Of a stretch of DNA of 64,000 bases, positions 1 through 8,737 are shown in pieces. The DNA is from an uncultured delta proteobacterium (GTDB lineage Bacteria; Myxococcota_A; Polyangia; Polyangiales; Polyangiaceae). The position numbers and the translations under genes were made by a program. Location of the stretch: contig CAWJCS010000003.1 in assembly GCA_963841435.1 (NCBI GenBank), forward strand, positions 768,001 through 832,000, read 5' to 3'. The notes under the pieces are model-generated. The model was not told where the DNA came from. It saw only the letters and a list, made by a program, of their open reading frames with translations, and did not search any database. How positions within the stretch are numbered: the first letter of the stretch is position 1; each line of letters starts with the position of its first letter.

Positions 1-833
1 CCGAGCGCACCGAGCACCCAGAGCGGACTTCCTGCGTGACCGGGCGCCGCGCCGAGCGCGCAGCTGGCGCTTGCCTGACCCTCTGCCTCGCCCTGGCAGC
101 TGCCGTTCGCGCAATGGCCCGACGAGGACCCGCTCGCCTCCAGGTTGATGGCCGCGCGGAGTGCGTCGAGGCACTTTTGGAGGTTGCCGCCGTCGTCAAC
201 GTACTGCCCGTCGCAGAAGACGGCGCCTTCGGGCTTTTGGCAAGCAACCTCGCACCCGCCCGAGAGCTCGGCCTTGCAGGAGACGTACGAGCGATTCTGG
301 CAGCTGACCTGGCAGTGGGCGTTCGCCTCGGCTTCGCAGTGGCCCTGGCAGATGGCGTCGCACTTGGCCTCGCAGTCGACGGAGCCCTCGTGACCCTGAC
401 ATTTTACGTCGCACTCGGCGGAAAACGTCGCCTTGCACGAGGCCATGCATTCGCCGTGATTGTCGGCCGCCATGCACTCACCCTCGCAGTGCGCCTCGCC
501 CTCGGCATTGCAGTTGCCCGCGCAGTGGTAGCTCGGTGGGTCGACCTCGCAGTCGGCCTTGCAGGCTGCGAGATCGCAGCTCCCCGTGCAGGTTGCCGTG
601 GCCGTCGCATTGCACTCGCCCTCGCAGCTCACCTCGAGCTTGCCGGCGCAGGCCGCTTCCATCGTGAGCGGCGTGCAGTTCGCCTCGCAGCCGCCCGTGA
701 CGTCGGCCTCGCACGTGGCGTTGGCTTCGACGTGGATGTTGCCGCAGGCGTCAACGCCGGCCGCAGCCGGTTCGGCCCAGAAAAGGAATGGGGAGGCGGC
801 GAGCGCCGCACACAAAGCAAGCTTGTTCGTCAT
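1..833 (-). CDS. Secreted Cys-rich repeat protein with probable MYXO-CTERM-like C-terminal anchor (3'-truncated by window edge; absent from supplied ORF track)
   Basis: Hand translation from ATG 833 (GGAGG RBS at 841-845): MTNKLALCAALAASPFLFWAEPAAA signal peptide, then CxxxC-spaced repeats (CEGECNA, CKADCEV, CEAKCDAICQGHCEA). Open to position 1, ending ...SASCALGAAPGHAGSPLWVLGAL. Confidence 0.85.
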   Translation of the reverse strand, partial: MTNKLALCAALAASPFLFWAEPAAAGVDACGNIHVEANATCEADVTGGCEANCTPLTMEAACAGKLEVSCEGECNATATATCTGSCDLAACKADCEVDPPSYHCAGNCNAEGEAHCEGECMAADNHGECMASCKATFSAECDVKCQGHEGSVDCEAKCDAICQGHCEAEANAHCQVSCQNRSYVSCKAELSGGCEVACQKPEGAVFCDGQYVDDGGNLQKCLDALRAAINLEASGSSSGHCANGSCQGEAEGQASASCALGAAPGHAGSPLWVLGAL

Positions 834-915
834 CGTAAGACCTCCATAAGCCGCGTAGCTCCCCAATGATACGCCATGCGGTGGGGGCGTGCTTCCCCGG
901 AGCCGCACGGGCCGC

Positions 916-3093
916 TCAGGCGCTCCGCGCGGAGTAAAACGACCGCCCACCGTCGGCGAGCTCCACGAGAATCGGCGCCGGCCGGAAACGGGCCCCCTTG
1001 GTCTCCTCGAGCGCGCGCAGGCGCCGCACGATTTCCTTCGCGCCCATGGCGTCGACGTAACGGAAGGGGCCGCCGCGAAACGGCGGAAACCCGAGCCCGA
1101 ACACGGCGCCGATGTCGCCGTCCCGCGCACTTCGTAGGACACCGTCTCCCAGACAGTGCGCAGCCTCGTTCACCATCTGGAGCGCACAGCGGTCGGCGAT
1201 CTCCCCCGACGGGAGATCGAGCTTCGGCTCGACGCCGAGCACGGTGTAAACCGAGCGATCGACTTCGCGCTTGCCCTTCTTCTTCGACGAATAGTCGTAA
1301 AAACCGCGCCCGTTCTTCTTGCCGAAGCGCTGGTCCTCGACGAGCCGCTCGACGGCGGGCGGCGGCGCCATGCGCTCGCCGAACGCGTCGTGCAGAATTT
1401 TTCCGACCTTCAGCCCCACGTCGATGCCCACCTCGTCGAGCAGCGTGACGGGGCCCACCGGGAAACCCCAGCGCACGAGCGCGGCGTCGATGGCCTCGAC
1501 GGGCACGCCCTCGGCGAGCAAAAATGAGGCTTCGTTGAGGTATGGGCCGAGCGCTCGCGACGTGTAGAAGCCCGCGCCGTCGCCGACGACGATCACCGTC
1601 TTGCCCTGCTTTTTGCCGAGCTCGACGGCCGTCGCCACGACCCAGGGCGCCGTCTTCGGCGTGGCGATCACCTCGAGCAGGGGCATCTTGTTGACGGGCG
1701 AGAAGTAGTGCATGCCCACGACGCGCTCGGGGGCCTGGGCGGCCTCGGCGATCGACCCGATGGGCAGCGATGAAGTATTCGAGGCGAAAATCAGGTTCTT
1801 TCCACCACGCGACTCGACGTCTCGAAGCACTTGTTGCTTGAGCGAGAGATCCTCGAAGACGGCTTCGATGACGACATCGACCGCCTCGAAGCCGTCGTAG
1901 TCGGTCGTCGCCGTCACGCGCAACAGCTCGCGATCGCGATCGAAGGCGGGCAAGCGCCGGGTGCGCGCGCGCTCGACGATGAGCTCACGAACGTGAGACA
2001 GGCCGCGCGACAGCGACGCGTCGTCGCGATCTTTGAGGCGAACCGGAAGCTTGGCGTTGACCGCCGTCACGAACGCGATGCCCGCGCCCATGAGCCCCGC
2101 GCCCAGCACGCCGACGCGCTCGAGCTTGCCGGGCCCGACTGCCTCGTCGTTCACGCCGGAGTCCTTCTTGAGCTCGGTCTGGGCGAAGAAGATGCCCATC
2201 AATTCCCGGGCCTCGGCGCTCACGGCGAGCTCGCCGAAGGCCGCAGCCTCGGCGCCCAGCCCCGCCGGCATGCCGCGCGACAGGCCGAGCCGCACCACCT
2301 CCAAAATGCGTTCGGCCGCAGGGTAGTTGCCGTGCGTCTTCGCGAGCGTGCGCTTCTTCGCCTGACCGAAGAACACGCGACGGCCGAGGGGATTCTTGAC
2401 GAGCAGCGCCTCGGTCAGCGTCTTGCGATCGAGGTGCCGCTTCTTCGGCGGCGGTGCCGCCGCCACGCGGGCGAGCGCGAAGCGGGCCGCCACGTCGAGC
2501 AGGATGGCCTTGGGAACGACCTCGTCGACGAGCCCCGCGCGAAGCGCTCGCCGCGCGTCGAGCTGCTTGCCCGTGAGCAGGAGATCGAGCGCGGATTCGG
2601 TGCCGATCAGCCGCGGGAGGCGCTGCGTGCCACCAAGGGCGGGGAGGAGCCCGAGCTGCACCTCGGGTAGTCCGAGGCGAGTCTTGTCGTCGGACGTGGC
2701 GACGCGCGCGTGGCACGCGAGCGCGAGCTCGAGCCCTCCGCCGAGGCATGCGCCGTGAATCGCCGCGACGACGGGTTTCGGAAAGGCCGCGAGGCGATCG
2801 AGCACGCGCTGGCCGCGGCGCGAGAGCTCGCTCGCATCGGCCGCGCTCTTCGCGGCAATCAGCGTCTTGATGTCGGCGCCGGCGACGAAGCCGTCCGGCT
2901 TGCCGGAGGCGACCACGAGCGCTTTCACGTCGGCCGACGACTCGGCGTCATCGAGCACGAGCGAAAGCTCGTCGGCGAAGTTGCCGCGCAGCGTGTTCAC
3001 GCTCTCGCCCGGGACGTCGATGACGATGACGCCGACACCGTCGGGGCGCCGTTCGAGCACGAGGGCGCGGTTCGCGGGAGCCGCCTCGTTCAT
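916..3093 (-). CDS. fadJ: Fatty acid oxidation complex alpha subunit (enoyl-CoA hydratase / 3-hydroxyacyl-CoA dehydrogenase)
   Basis: Crotonase motifs FVAGADI, CLGGGLELALAC, LPEVQLGLLP; GAGLMGAG Rossmann; SNTSSLPI, GMHYFSPV; GLGFPPFRGGP. Start ATG 3093 overlaps the fadI stop (ATGA). Confidence 0.93.
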   Translation of the reverse strand: MNEAAPANRALVLERRPDGVGVIVIDVPGESVNTLRGNFADELSLVLDDAESSADVKALVVASGKPDGFVAGADIKTLIAAKSAADASELSRRGQRVLDRLAAFPKPVVAAIHGACLGGGLELALACHARVATSDDKTRLGLPEVQLGLLPALGGTQRLPRLIGTESALDLLLTGKQLDARRALRAGLVDEVVPKAILLDVAARFALARVAAAPPPKKRHLDRKTLTEALLVKNPLGRRVFFGQAKKRTLAKTHGNYPAAERILEVVRLGLSRGMPAGLGAEAAAFGELAVSAEARELMGIFFAQTELKKDSGVNDEAVGPGKLERVGVLGAGLMGAGIAFVTAVNAKLPVRLKDRDDASLSRGLSHVRELIVERARTRRLPAFDRDRELLRVTATTDYDGFEAVDVVIEAVFEDLSLKQQVLRDVESRGGKNLIFASNTSSLPIGSIAEAAQAPERVVGMHYFSPVNKMPLLEVIATPKTAPWVVATAVELGKKQGKTVIVVGDGAGFYTSRALGPYLNEASFLLAEGVPVEAIDAALVRWGFPVGPVTLLDEVGIDVGLKVGKILHDAFGERMAPPPAVERLVEDQRFGKKNGRGFYDYSSKKKGKREVDRSVYTVLGVEPKLDLPSGEIADRCALQMVNEAAHCLGDGVLRSARDGDIGAVFGLGFPPFRGGPFRYVDAMGAKEIVRRLRALEETKGARFRPAPILVELADGGRSFYSARSA

Positions 3094-4382
3094 GCCGACT
3101 CCAGGACGACCGCCGCGGCGAGCCCGCCCGCGGCGCACGCCGTGCACAGCGCGAACTCGCCGCCGCGGCGCCGGAGCTCGCGCAGCGTTTGCATGATCTG
3201 GCGCGCACCCGTGGCGGCGAACGGGTGCCCGAGGGCAATCGACCCGCCCATGACGTTGAGCTTTTCCCAATCGATCGTACCGAGCTTCTTGTCGCGGCCG
3301 AGCCTCTTTTGCGCGAAGCCGTCGCTCTCGAACGCCTGGATGTTGCTCAAGACCTGTGCCGAGAAAGCCTCGTGCATGTCGACGAGATCCATGTTCTTGA
3401 GCTTGAGAGAGGCGCGCTCGAGCGCGACGGGCGCGGCGTAGGCGGGCCCCTGCAGGAGCTGCTCCGCCGGATCCACGGCGGCGAAAGCCCAGCTTTTCAC
3501 GTAGCCGAGCGGCCGGTAGCCGAGCGCCTTGGCCTTGTCCTCACGCATGACGAGCAGCGCGCTCGCGCCGTCGGTGAGCGGCGAGCTGTTACCGGCAGTG
3601 ATGGTGCCGTACTTCCGATCGAACACCGGCTTGAGCTTGGCGTAGCTCTCGAGCTCACTGTCTTTTCGCACGAGGTTGTCCTGGGCGAAGGGCTCGAGCT
3701 TGGGCGGCGGATAGGTGGTCATCACGTCTTGGGCGAGGCGGCCGTCGGCCCAGGCCTGCGCGGCGAGCGTGTGACTGCGGTGTGCGAACTCGTCCTGAGC
3801 ACGCCGCGAGATGCCGTTCTCCTTGGCCATCTTTTCGGCGCTCTCGCCCATGGTAAGTCCCGTCGACGGCTCCTTGAGCGCGGGGGGCACCGGCACGAGA
3901 TCGCGCGCGGAGAGCCCGCGGAGCGCCCCGAGCTTGCCGCGGAGCGTCTTCTGACGGCTCATCGCGAGCAAGGCGTCGGCGAGCGGCTTCTGCGTGGCCA
4001 TCGGAATGTCGCTGGCGCTGTCGGCACCGCCGGCGATACCGCAGTCGATCACACCCGCCATGATCGACTCGGTGACGTTGATCATCGACTGGTAGCTCGT
4101 CGTGCAGGCGCGCGACACGCTGTAGGCGTCGACGCTCCGGGGCAGATCGACGGCCAGCACGATCTCGCGTGCGATGTTCGGCACGGCGAGCGACGGGATG
4201 ACCTGGCCGTACACGACCTGATCGACCTCGGCGGGGCGGACGCCCGTGCGCTCGAGCAGCTCCGCGACGCAGAGCCGGCCCAAGTCGAGCGCGGAGAGAC
4301 GCGCGTAGGCGGTCGCCTGCTTCGCGAACGGAGTCCTGACGCCCGCGACGACGGCGACCCGATCCTGATTGCCTTTTCCCAT
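3090..4382 (-). CDS. fadI: 3-ketoacyl-CoA thiolase (FadI type)
   Basis: GVRTPFAK, SRACTTSYQS, NSSPLTDGASA, HEAFSAQ, GHPFAATGAR, TACAAGG; translationally coupled to fadJ. Confidence 0.93.
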   Translation of the reverse strand: MGKGNQDRVAVVAGVRTPFAKQATAYARLSALDLGRLCVAELLERTGVRPAEVDQVVYGQVIPSLAVPNIAREIVLAVDLPRSVDAYSVSRACTTSYQSMINVTESIMAGVIDCGIAGGADSASDIPMATQKPLADALLAMSRQKTLRGKLGALRGLSARDLVPVPPALKEPSTGLTMGESAEKMAKENGISRRAQDEFAHRSHTLAAQAWADGRLAQDVMTTYPPPKLEPFAQDNLVRKDSELESYAKLKPVFDRKYGTITAGNSSPLTDGASALLVMREDKAKALGYRPLGYVKSWAFAAVDPAEQLLQGPAYAAPVALERASLKLKNMDLVDMHEAFSAQVLSNIQAFESDGFAQKRLGRDKKLGTIDWEKLNVMGGSIALGHPFAATGARQIMQTLRELRRRGGEFALCTACAAGGLAAAVVLESA

Positions 4383-4481
4383 GTGGTCTCGTGCGACCTC
4401 GGGTGCCTGGTTTTCATAGGGCAGCGTGACGCATCGTGTCAAGGCAGGCGCGCGGCCCAGGCCGCGCTAGTGGCCTTCGGC

Positions 4482-5030
4482 ATGGCCCAGGCGCCCGCGC
4501 GACCGCTGATCCCGGAACATCCCCTCTCAACCCCCGTCGCGTGCTGGGCGATCGGAGGCGTGACGTTGCTCCTCTTGCAGGCCGTCGTGCGGCTCACGCC
4601 GATCGCGCTCGAGCCGCTCAGACGCGGTGGGCTGGGCGCAGTCGAGCTCTCGGCGTACGTCGGCTGGGCTCTGGTGAGCCTCTACTCGGAGGGCTACCGA
4701 GGATTCCAGCGTGCCTTCGTTCCGCGCTCGGTGGCGCGCGCGTTCCACCTCGCACGCTCCGCGCCGGGGCCGCTGCTCGTCGCGCTCGCGCCGGCCTACG
4801 CCATGGGGCTCGTGGGCGCGCGGCGGCGGCGCCTCGTCACGTCATGGACGATCGTGGCGATGATCCTCGTCGCGGTGACGCTCGTGAGGCGGTTGCCGTA
4901 CCCGTGGCGTGGTGTCGTCGACGGCGGGGTCGTGGCGGGGCTCGTCTGGGGCGTCGTCAGCCTGGCCATCACCTTCGCGCGAGCGCTCGCCGGCAGCGTG
5001 CCCGAGCACGAACTCGATCTGCCGACCTGA
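4482..5030 (+). CDS. Uncharacterised integral membrane protein (~4-5 TM)
   Basis: Hydrophobic segments with YSEGYRGFQRAF and PYPWRGVVDGGVV; C-terminal part of ORF 3189..5030 from ATG 4482. Confidence 0.75.
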   Translation: MAQAPARPLIPEHPLSTPVACWAIGGVTLLLLQAVVRLTPIALEPLRRGGLGAVELSAYVGWALVSLYSEGYRGFQRAFVPRSVARAFHLARSAPGPLLVALAPAYAMGLVGARRRRLVTSWTIVAMILVAVTLVRRLPYPWRGVVDGGVVAGLVWGVVSLAITFARALAGSVPEHELDLPT

Positions 5031-5097
5031 GCCAGCGCGAAAACGGGCCGCGCGGCGGCGCCGGGCAGGCAAGGACGGTCCTTGGGGCGGGCTGGTC

Positions 5098-5601
5098 TCA
5101 GCCGCTGCCCGTCCAGCTGACGCGTTCCTGATCGTCCGGGTCCTGCTGGGGCACGACGGAGGGCATGGTACCGCTCTGCGTCGTGCCGAAGCGAACGCGG
5201 ACGTTCACGCGCGAAACGAAAGGATCCTCGCAGAGAGCGCCGGCCAGCACGAACAGCTCTTGCTGGAATGCTTCGCTGCCTTCGATGGCCGCGAGCACCA
5301 GATCGCCGGAGCCGTGGAGCGCGGCGACGATGGCGCAAGATACCTCATTGCGAACGGCGCGAAGCTCCGCAGTGGCACCATCCGCGCAGAGCACGATCCC
5401 AACCCCCAACCGACCCGAACCCCGTTGCATCTCGCCGAGGCGATGCAGCGCCCGCGCGCCGAACTCCGCGGGAGCCTCGTTCGCCGTCTGGGCAATCACG
5501 GAGGCGTTCGGCGCGCGCCGCTGGTACTCCGTGATCCACTCGGGCCAGCCTGCGCCGGCCTCGATGACGACGATGGAAGTTCGATCCTGGTCCTTATCCA
5601 T
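5098..5601 (-). CDS. Hypothetical protein, paralog of 10548..11033
   Basis: Protein-like composition; IVVIEAGAGWP / EAPAEFGAR / LFVLAGAL / VRVRFG align with the 10548..11033 product. Start ATG 5601 assumed. Confidence 0.7.
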   Translation of the reverse strand: MDKDQDRTSIVVIEAGAGWPEWITEYQRRAPNASVIAQTANEAPAEFGARALHRLGEMQRGSGRLGVGIVLCADGATAELRAVRNEVSCAIVAALHGSGDLVLAAIEGSEAFQQELFVLAGALCEDPFVSRVNVRVRFGTTQSGTMPSVVPQQDPDDQERVSWTGSG

Positions 5602-5780
5602 CCTATCCCTCAGCCGGGACCGGTGCCCAGGCTCGCTAGGTTGCAAAAAGATCCCGCAGGCGGCGCGGGATCAAACCCCAAGGTCGTCGAAAGCTTCCCG
5701 AACGCCCAATCATTTACTCGAGTTCGCTAGTCGTCAAGATAAGCTTCACGATTCGTTTGCGCATGAGGGACTTTTTACTG

Positions 5781-5847
5781 ACCTCACCTCACCTCACCTC
5801 ACCTCGCCCGCGTCGTTTTTGTACACCCCGCGTCGTTTTTGTACACC
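5781..5847. repeat. (ACCTC)x5 microsatellite followed by a perfect 20-bp tandem duplication CCCGCGTCGTTTTTGTACAC x2
   Basis: Read directly: 5781-5805, then 5807-5826 and 5827-5846. Confidence 0.9.
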
Positions 5848-6078
5848 GGTATCCAGACACGCCCGAGCGCGCGATTCCTTCCGCGCGGCGTCGCGCACCT
5901 TGATGGATGAGCGGGTCTCGGCGACGACGTCCGAGTGACGGGGGCGCAAAGTTTTTAGGTGAGCGCGAGCAAGCTCCGAGCAATTGCACCGTCAAGCGAT
6001 CAAGACAGTGCGCGCGGTTGACGGGCGAGCGGGCGAGCCGTCGGAGGCTTCGCGGGACGCTCGCGAGCCGCGCGGGCG

Positions 6079-7500
6079 CTAGTAGCCGAAATCAGGGGTC
6101 CCGCCCGGCTTTTGTGAGGGTCTGGCGGGTGCTGGCTTTGGGGGCTTGGGAACTGGTTTGACCGCGGTGTGCCGCGGGGCCGGTCGCGGGGCAACGCGGG
6201 GTACCGCGGCGGCCGAAGGCGCCGCGGACGCGGAGGGCGCCTCGGGTGGGCGTGCGGGCGCAGCGGGCGCCGCCACCGGCTCCACCTTCGGCTCCGGCGG
6301 GGTGGGAGAAGGGGCAGCGGGATCGGCCCGAGGGGCCGCCGGAGGCGGCTCAGGCGCGGCGGAATTCGCCACGACGGGCTCCTCCTTCGAGTGACCGAGC
6401 AGGGCGAACGCCGCGCCCCCGCCCACGACGATAAGCGCGCCGATCAGGCCGAGCACGACGCCCGCACCGGGCCCTTTCTTGAGTGGCACGGCGTCGTCGT
6501 TGGTGGTGGCCCAGGTGCCGGCGGTCTTGCCGCCGGAGCGCACGCCGGCCGAGGTCGCGGCGGCGCTCGTCATGGGGCCGCTCGCGGGGAGCAGCCCCGA
6601 CGCGGCGACATCGGTGGGTGGTGGGACGCTCACGGCCGCTCCGCGTTGCACCCACGCGTCGAGCGCCTGGATGAATTCGTCGGCGGACTGGAAGCGCTGT
6701 GCGACGTCACGCGCCATGCCGCGCGCGATCAAGCTCGTGAACGCCGGGTCGAGGTCGGGCACGATGGTGGTCGGCTGCGGCACCTCCGCGAGCACGATCT
6801 TGAACATGAGCTGGTTGAAGGTGCCCGCCTCGAAGGGCACTTGCCCCGTGACCGCCTCGAACATGATCACGCCGATCGAGTAGAGGTCGCTGCGCTGATC
6901 CGCTTCGGCACTGCCGCTCGCCTGCTCGGGTGACATGTAATAGGGCGTGCCCATCACGGCGCCCGTGCGCGTCATCTTCATGCCGTCGCCCGCCAAGGGC
7001 TGGAACTTGGAGATGCCGAAATCGATGATTTTCACGAAATCGGTGCGGCCGGCCTTGCTCTTGAGCACGTAGATGTTGTCGGGCTTGAGGTCGCGATGGA
7101 CGATTCCCGCGCGGTGCGCGGCGCCGAGCCCGACCAGGACCTGACGAACCAGCGGCGCGAGCTCCTGGGGAGTGAGTCGCTTTCTTTGCGAGATGCGCGC
7201 CGAGAGCGGCTCGCCGTCGAGAAACTCCATCACGATGAAGCGATCACCGTTTGGAAGCACGCCGAGGTCGATGACCTCGAGGATGTGATCGTTGCCGATG
7301 CGGCCGGCGGCTTGCGCCTCGCGCTCGAAGCGCTGGGTGACCTCCGCGTTCGTCGTGAGTGCGGCGTGAAGCACCTTGATGGCGACGCGCCGGTTGATGC
7401 GAATGTTCTCGCCTTCGTAGACGGCGCCCATCCCACCTTCCCCGATCAACCGGATGATGCGGTACTTCCCGTCGAGGAGCTCTCCGGTCTCGAGCGACAT
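6079..7500 (-). CDS. Hanks-type Ser/Thr protein kinase with one TM helix and Pro/Ala-rich extracytoplasmic tail
   Basis: GEGGMGAVY, VAIKVL, HRDLKPDN, DFGISK, GTPYYMSPEQ, DLYSIG; TM VVLGLIGALIVVGGGAAFALL. Confidence 0.95.
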   Translation of the reverse strand: MSLETGELLDGKYRIIRLIGEGGMGAVYEGENIRINRRVAIKVLHAALTTNAEVTQRFEREAQAAGRIGNDHILEVIDLGVLPNGDRFIVMEFLDGEPLSARISQRKRLTPQELAPLVRQVLVGLGAAHRAGIVHRDLKPDNIYVLKSKAGRTDFVKIIDFGISKFQPLAGDGMKMTRTGAVMGTPYYMSPEQASGSAEADQRSDLYSIGVIMFEAVTGQVPFEAGTFNQLMFKIVLAEVPQPTTIVPDLDPAFTSLIARGMARDVAQRFQSADEFIQALDAWVQRGAAVSVPPPTDVAASGLLPASGPMTSAAATSAGVRSGGKTAGTWATTNDDAVPLKKGPGAGVVLGLIGALIVVGGGAAFALLGHSKEEPVVANSAAPEPPPAAPRADPAAPSPTPPEPKVEPVAAPAAPARPPEAPSASAAPSAAAVPRVAPRPAPRHTAVKPVPKPPKPAPARPSQKPGGTPDFGY

Positions 7501-7620
7501 ACGCGTCTACAAGGATACGACGACTTTCGGAGCCCCGCCGCCCTCTCGGACCCCGTTTGGAATTCTGCCCAAATAAAAGGCCTCCGGGGCACGGGGGGGA
7601 GGGTGTTAGGATGGAGGGCC

Positions 7621-8721
7621 ATGTGGCTCGAGAAGGCGCGCCGCCTGCTCCCGGCGGTACTCTGGGTGGTCGGTTTCGTGTGCGCTCCGTCGGTCTCCCG
7701 GGCGCAGAGCGACGAGCAGCGCGCCGCGGCGCGCTCCCTCGCCACCGAGGGGGCGAAAGCGTTCAACGAGGGGCGCTTCAAGGATGCGGTCGACCTCTTC
7801 AGCCGGGCCGAATCCCTGGTGCACGCGCCGCCCCACCTGCTCTATCGCGCCCGCGCGCACGTCAAGCTCGGACAGCTCGTTCGCGCGCGCGAGGCCTATC
7901 TCAAGATCGTCAAGGAGACGCTACCGTCGAACGCCCCGAAAGCGTTCGCCGATGCGCAGGCAGCGGCGACCAGCGAGGTGAAGGAGATCGAGCCGCGCAT
8001 CGGCAGGCTGACGATCAACGTCGAAGGCTCCGACGGGGCCGCCGACGTCACCGTGCTCGTCGATGGCGTGGCGCTCCCCGGCGTGCTCATCGGGCTGCCG
8101 CAGCCGATCGATCCGGGCAACCATCGCATCGAGGCCACGGCAACGGGCAAGCGAGCGCCCTCGGAGCCCGTGACGCTCGCAGACGGCGAAAAGAAGGTCG
8201 TGGTCCTGCGACTCGAGGACGCACCCGGCGCCGTGCCGCTCGCGGCAGCACCGGCCGCCGCCGCAGCGGCTCCCGCCGCGGCGGCGCCACCACCGGCGGC
8301 TCCCGTGCCCGCACCGGGGTCTTCACCCACGAGTGATGGAGGCTCGAGCGAGCGCTCGGGAGGCGGTGGCTTGCGCGTGGGGGCCTACGTCGGGTTCGGC
8401 CTCGGCGCGGTGGGCCTCGCCGCGGGCACGCTCTTTTCGCTGCAATCGGCGAGCAAGCGAAAGGATGCGGACGAAAAGTTCGCCCAGTGTGGCGGTGCCA
8501 CGGGCTGCACGACGGGAAACCCGCTCTCGGCTGAGGTCGACCAGCTCGACAGCGACGCCGGCTCCAAGCAAACGCTCGGTATCGTCGGATTCGCCGTGGG
8601 CGGCGTCGGTGTCGCCACGGGCGTGACGCTGCTCCTGTTGAGCGGCGGCAGCGACGAGAAGACGGCCGGCGTGCGGCCCTACGTCGGGCTCGGCTCGGCG
8701 GGCGTGCGCGGCAGGTTCTGA
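7621..8721 (+). CDS. Secreted TPR + PEGA-like protein with C-terminal hydrophobic hairpin and terminal Phe (myxobacterial type)
   Basis: Signal peptide; TPR-like AKAFNEGRFKDAVDLFSRA..LYRARAHVKLG; PEGA-like VLVDG..IDPGNHRIEA; ends GSAGVRGRF. Confidence 0.8.
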   Translation: MWLEKARRLLPAVLWVVGFVCAPSVSRAQSDEQRAAARSLATEGAKAFNEGRFKDAVDLFSRAESLVHAPPHLLYRARAHVKLGQLVRAREAYLKIVKETLPSNAPKAFADAQAAATSEVKEIEPRIGRLTINVEGSDGAADVTVLVDGVALPGVLIGLPQPIDPGNHRIEATATGKRAPSEPVTLADGEKKVVVLRLEDAPGAVPLAAAPAAAAAAPAAAAPPPAAPVPAPGSSPTSDGGSSERSGGGGLRVGAYVGFGLGAVGLAAGTLFSLQSASKRKDADEKFAQCGGATGCTTGNPLSAEVDQLDSDAGSKQTLGIVGFAVGGVGVATGVTLLLLSGGSDEKTAGVRPYVGLGSAGVRGRF

Positions 8722-8737
8722 GAGCGGAGGACGAGAG

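Noticed and set aside
36-869. 277-aa plus-strand ORF
   Set aside because: Antisense shadow of the Cys-rich gene starting at 833 on the minus strand.
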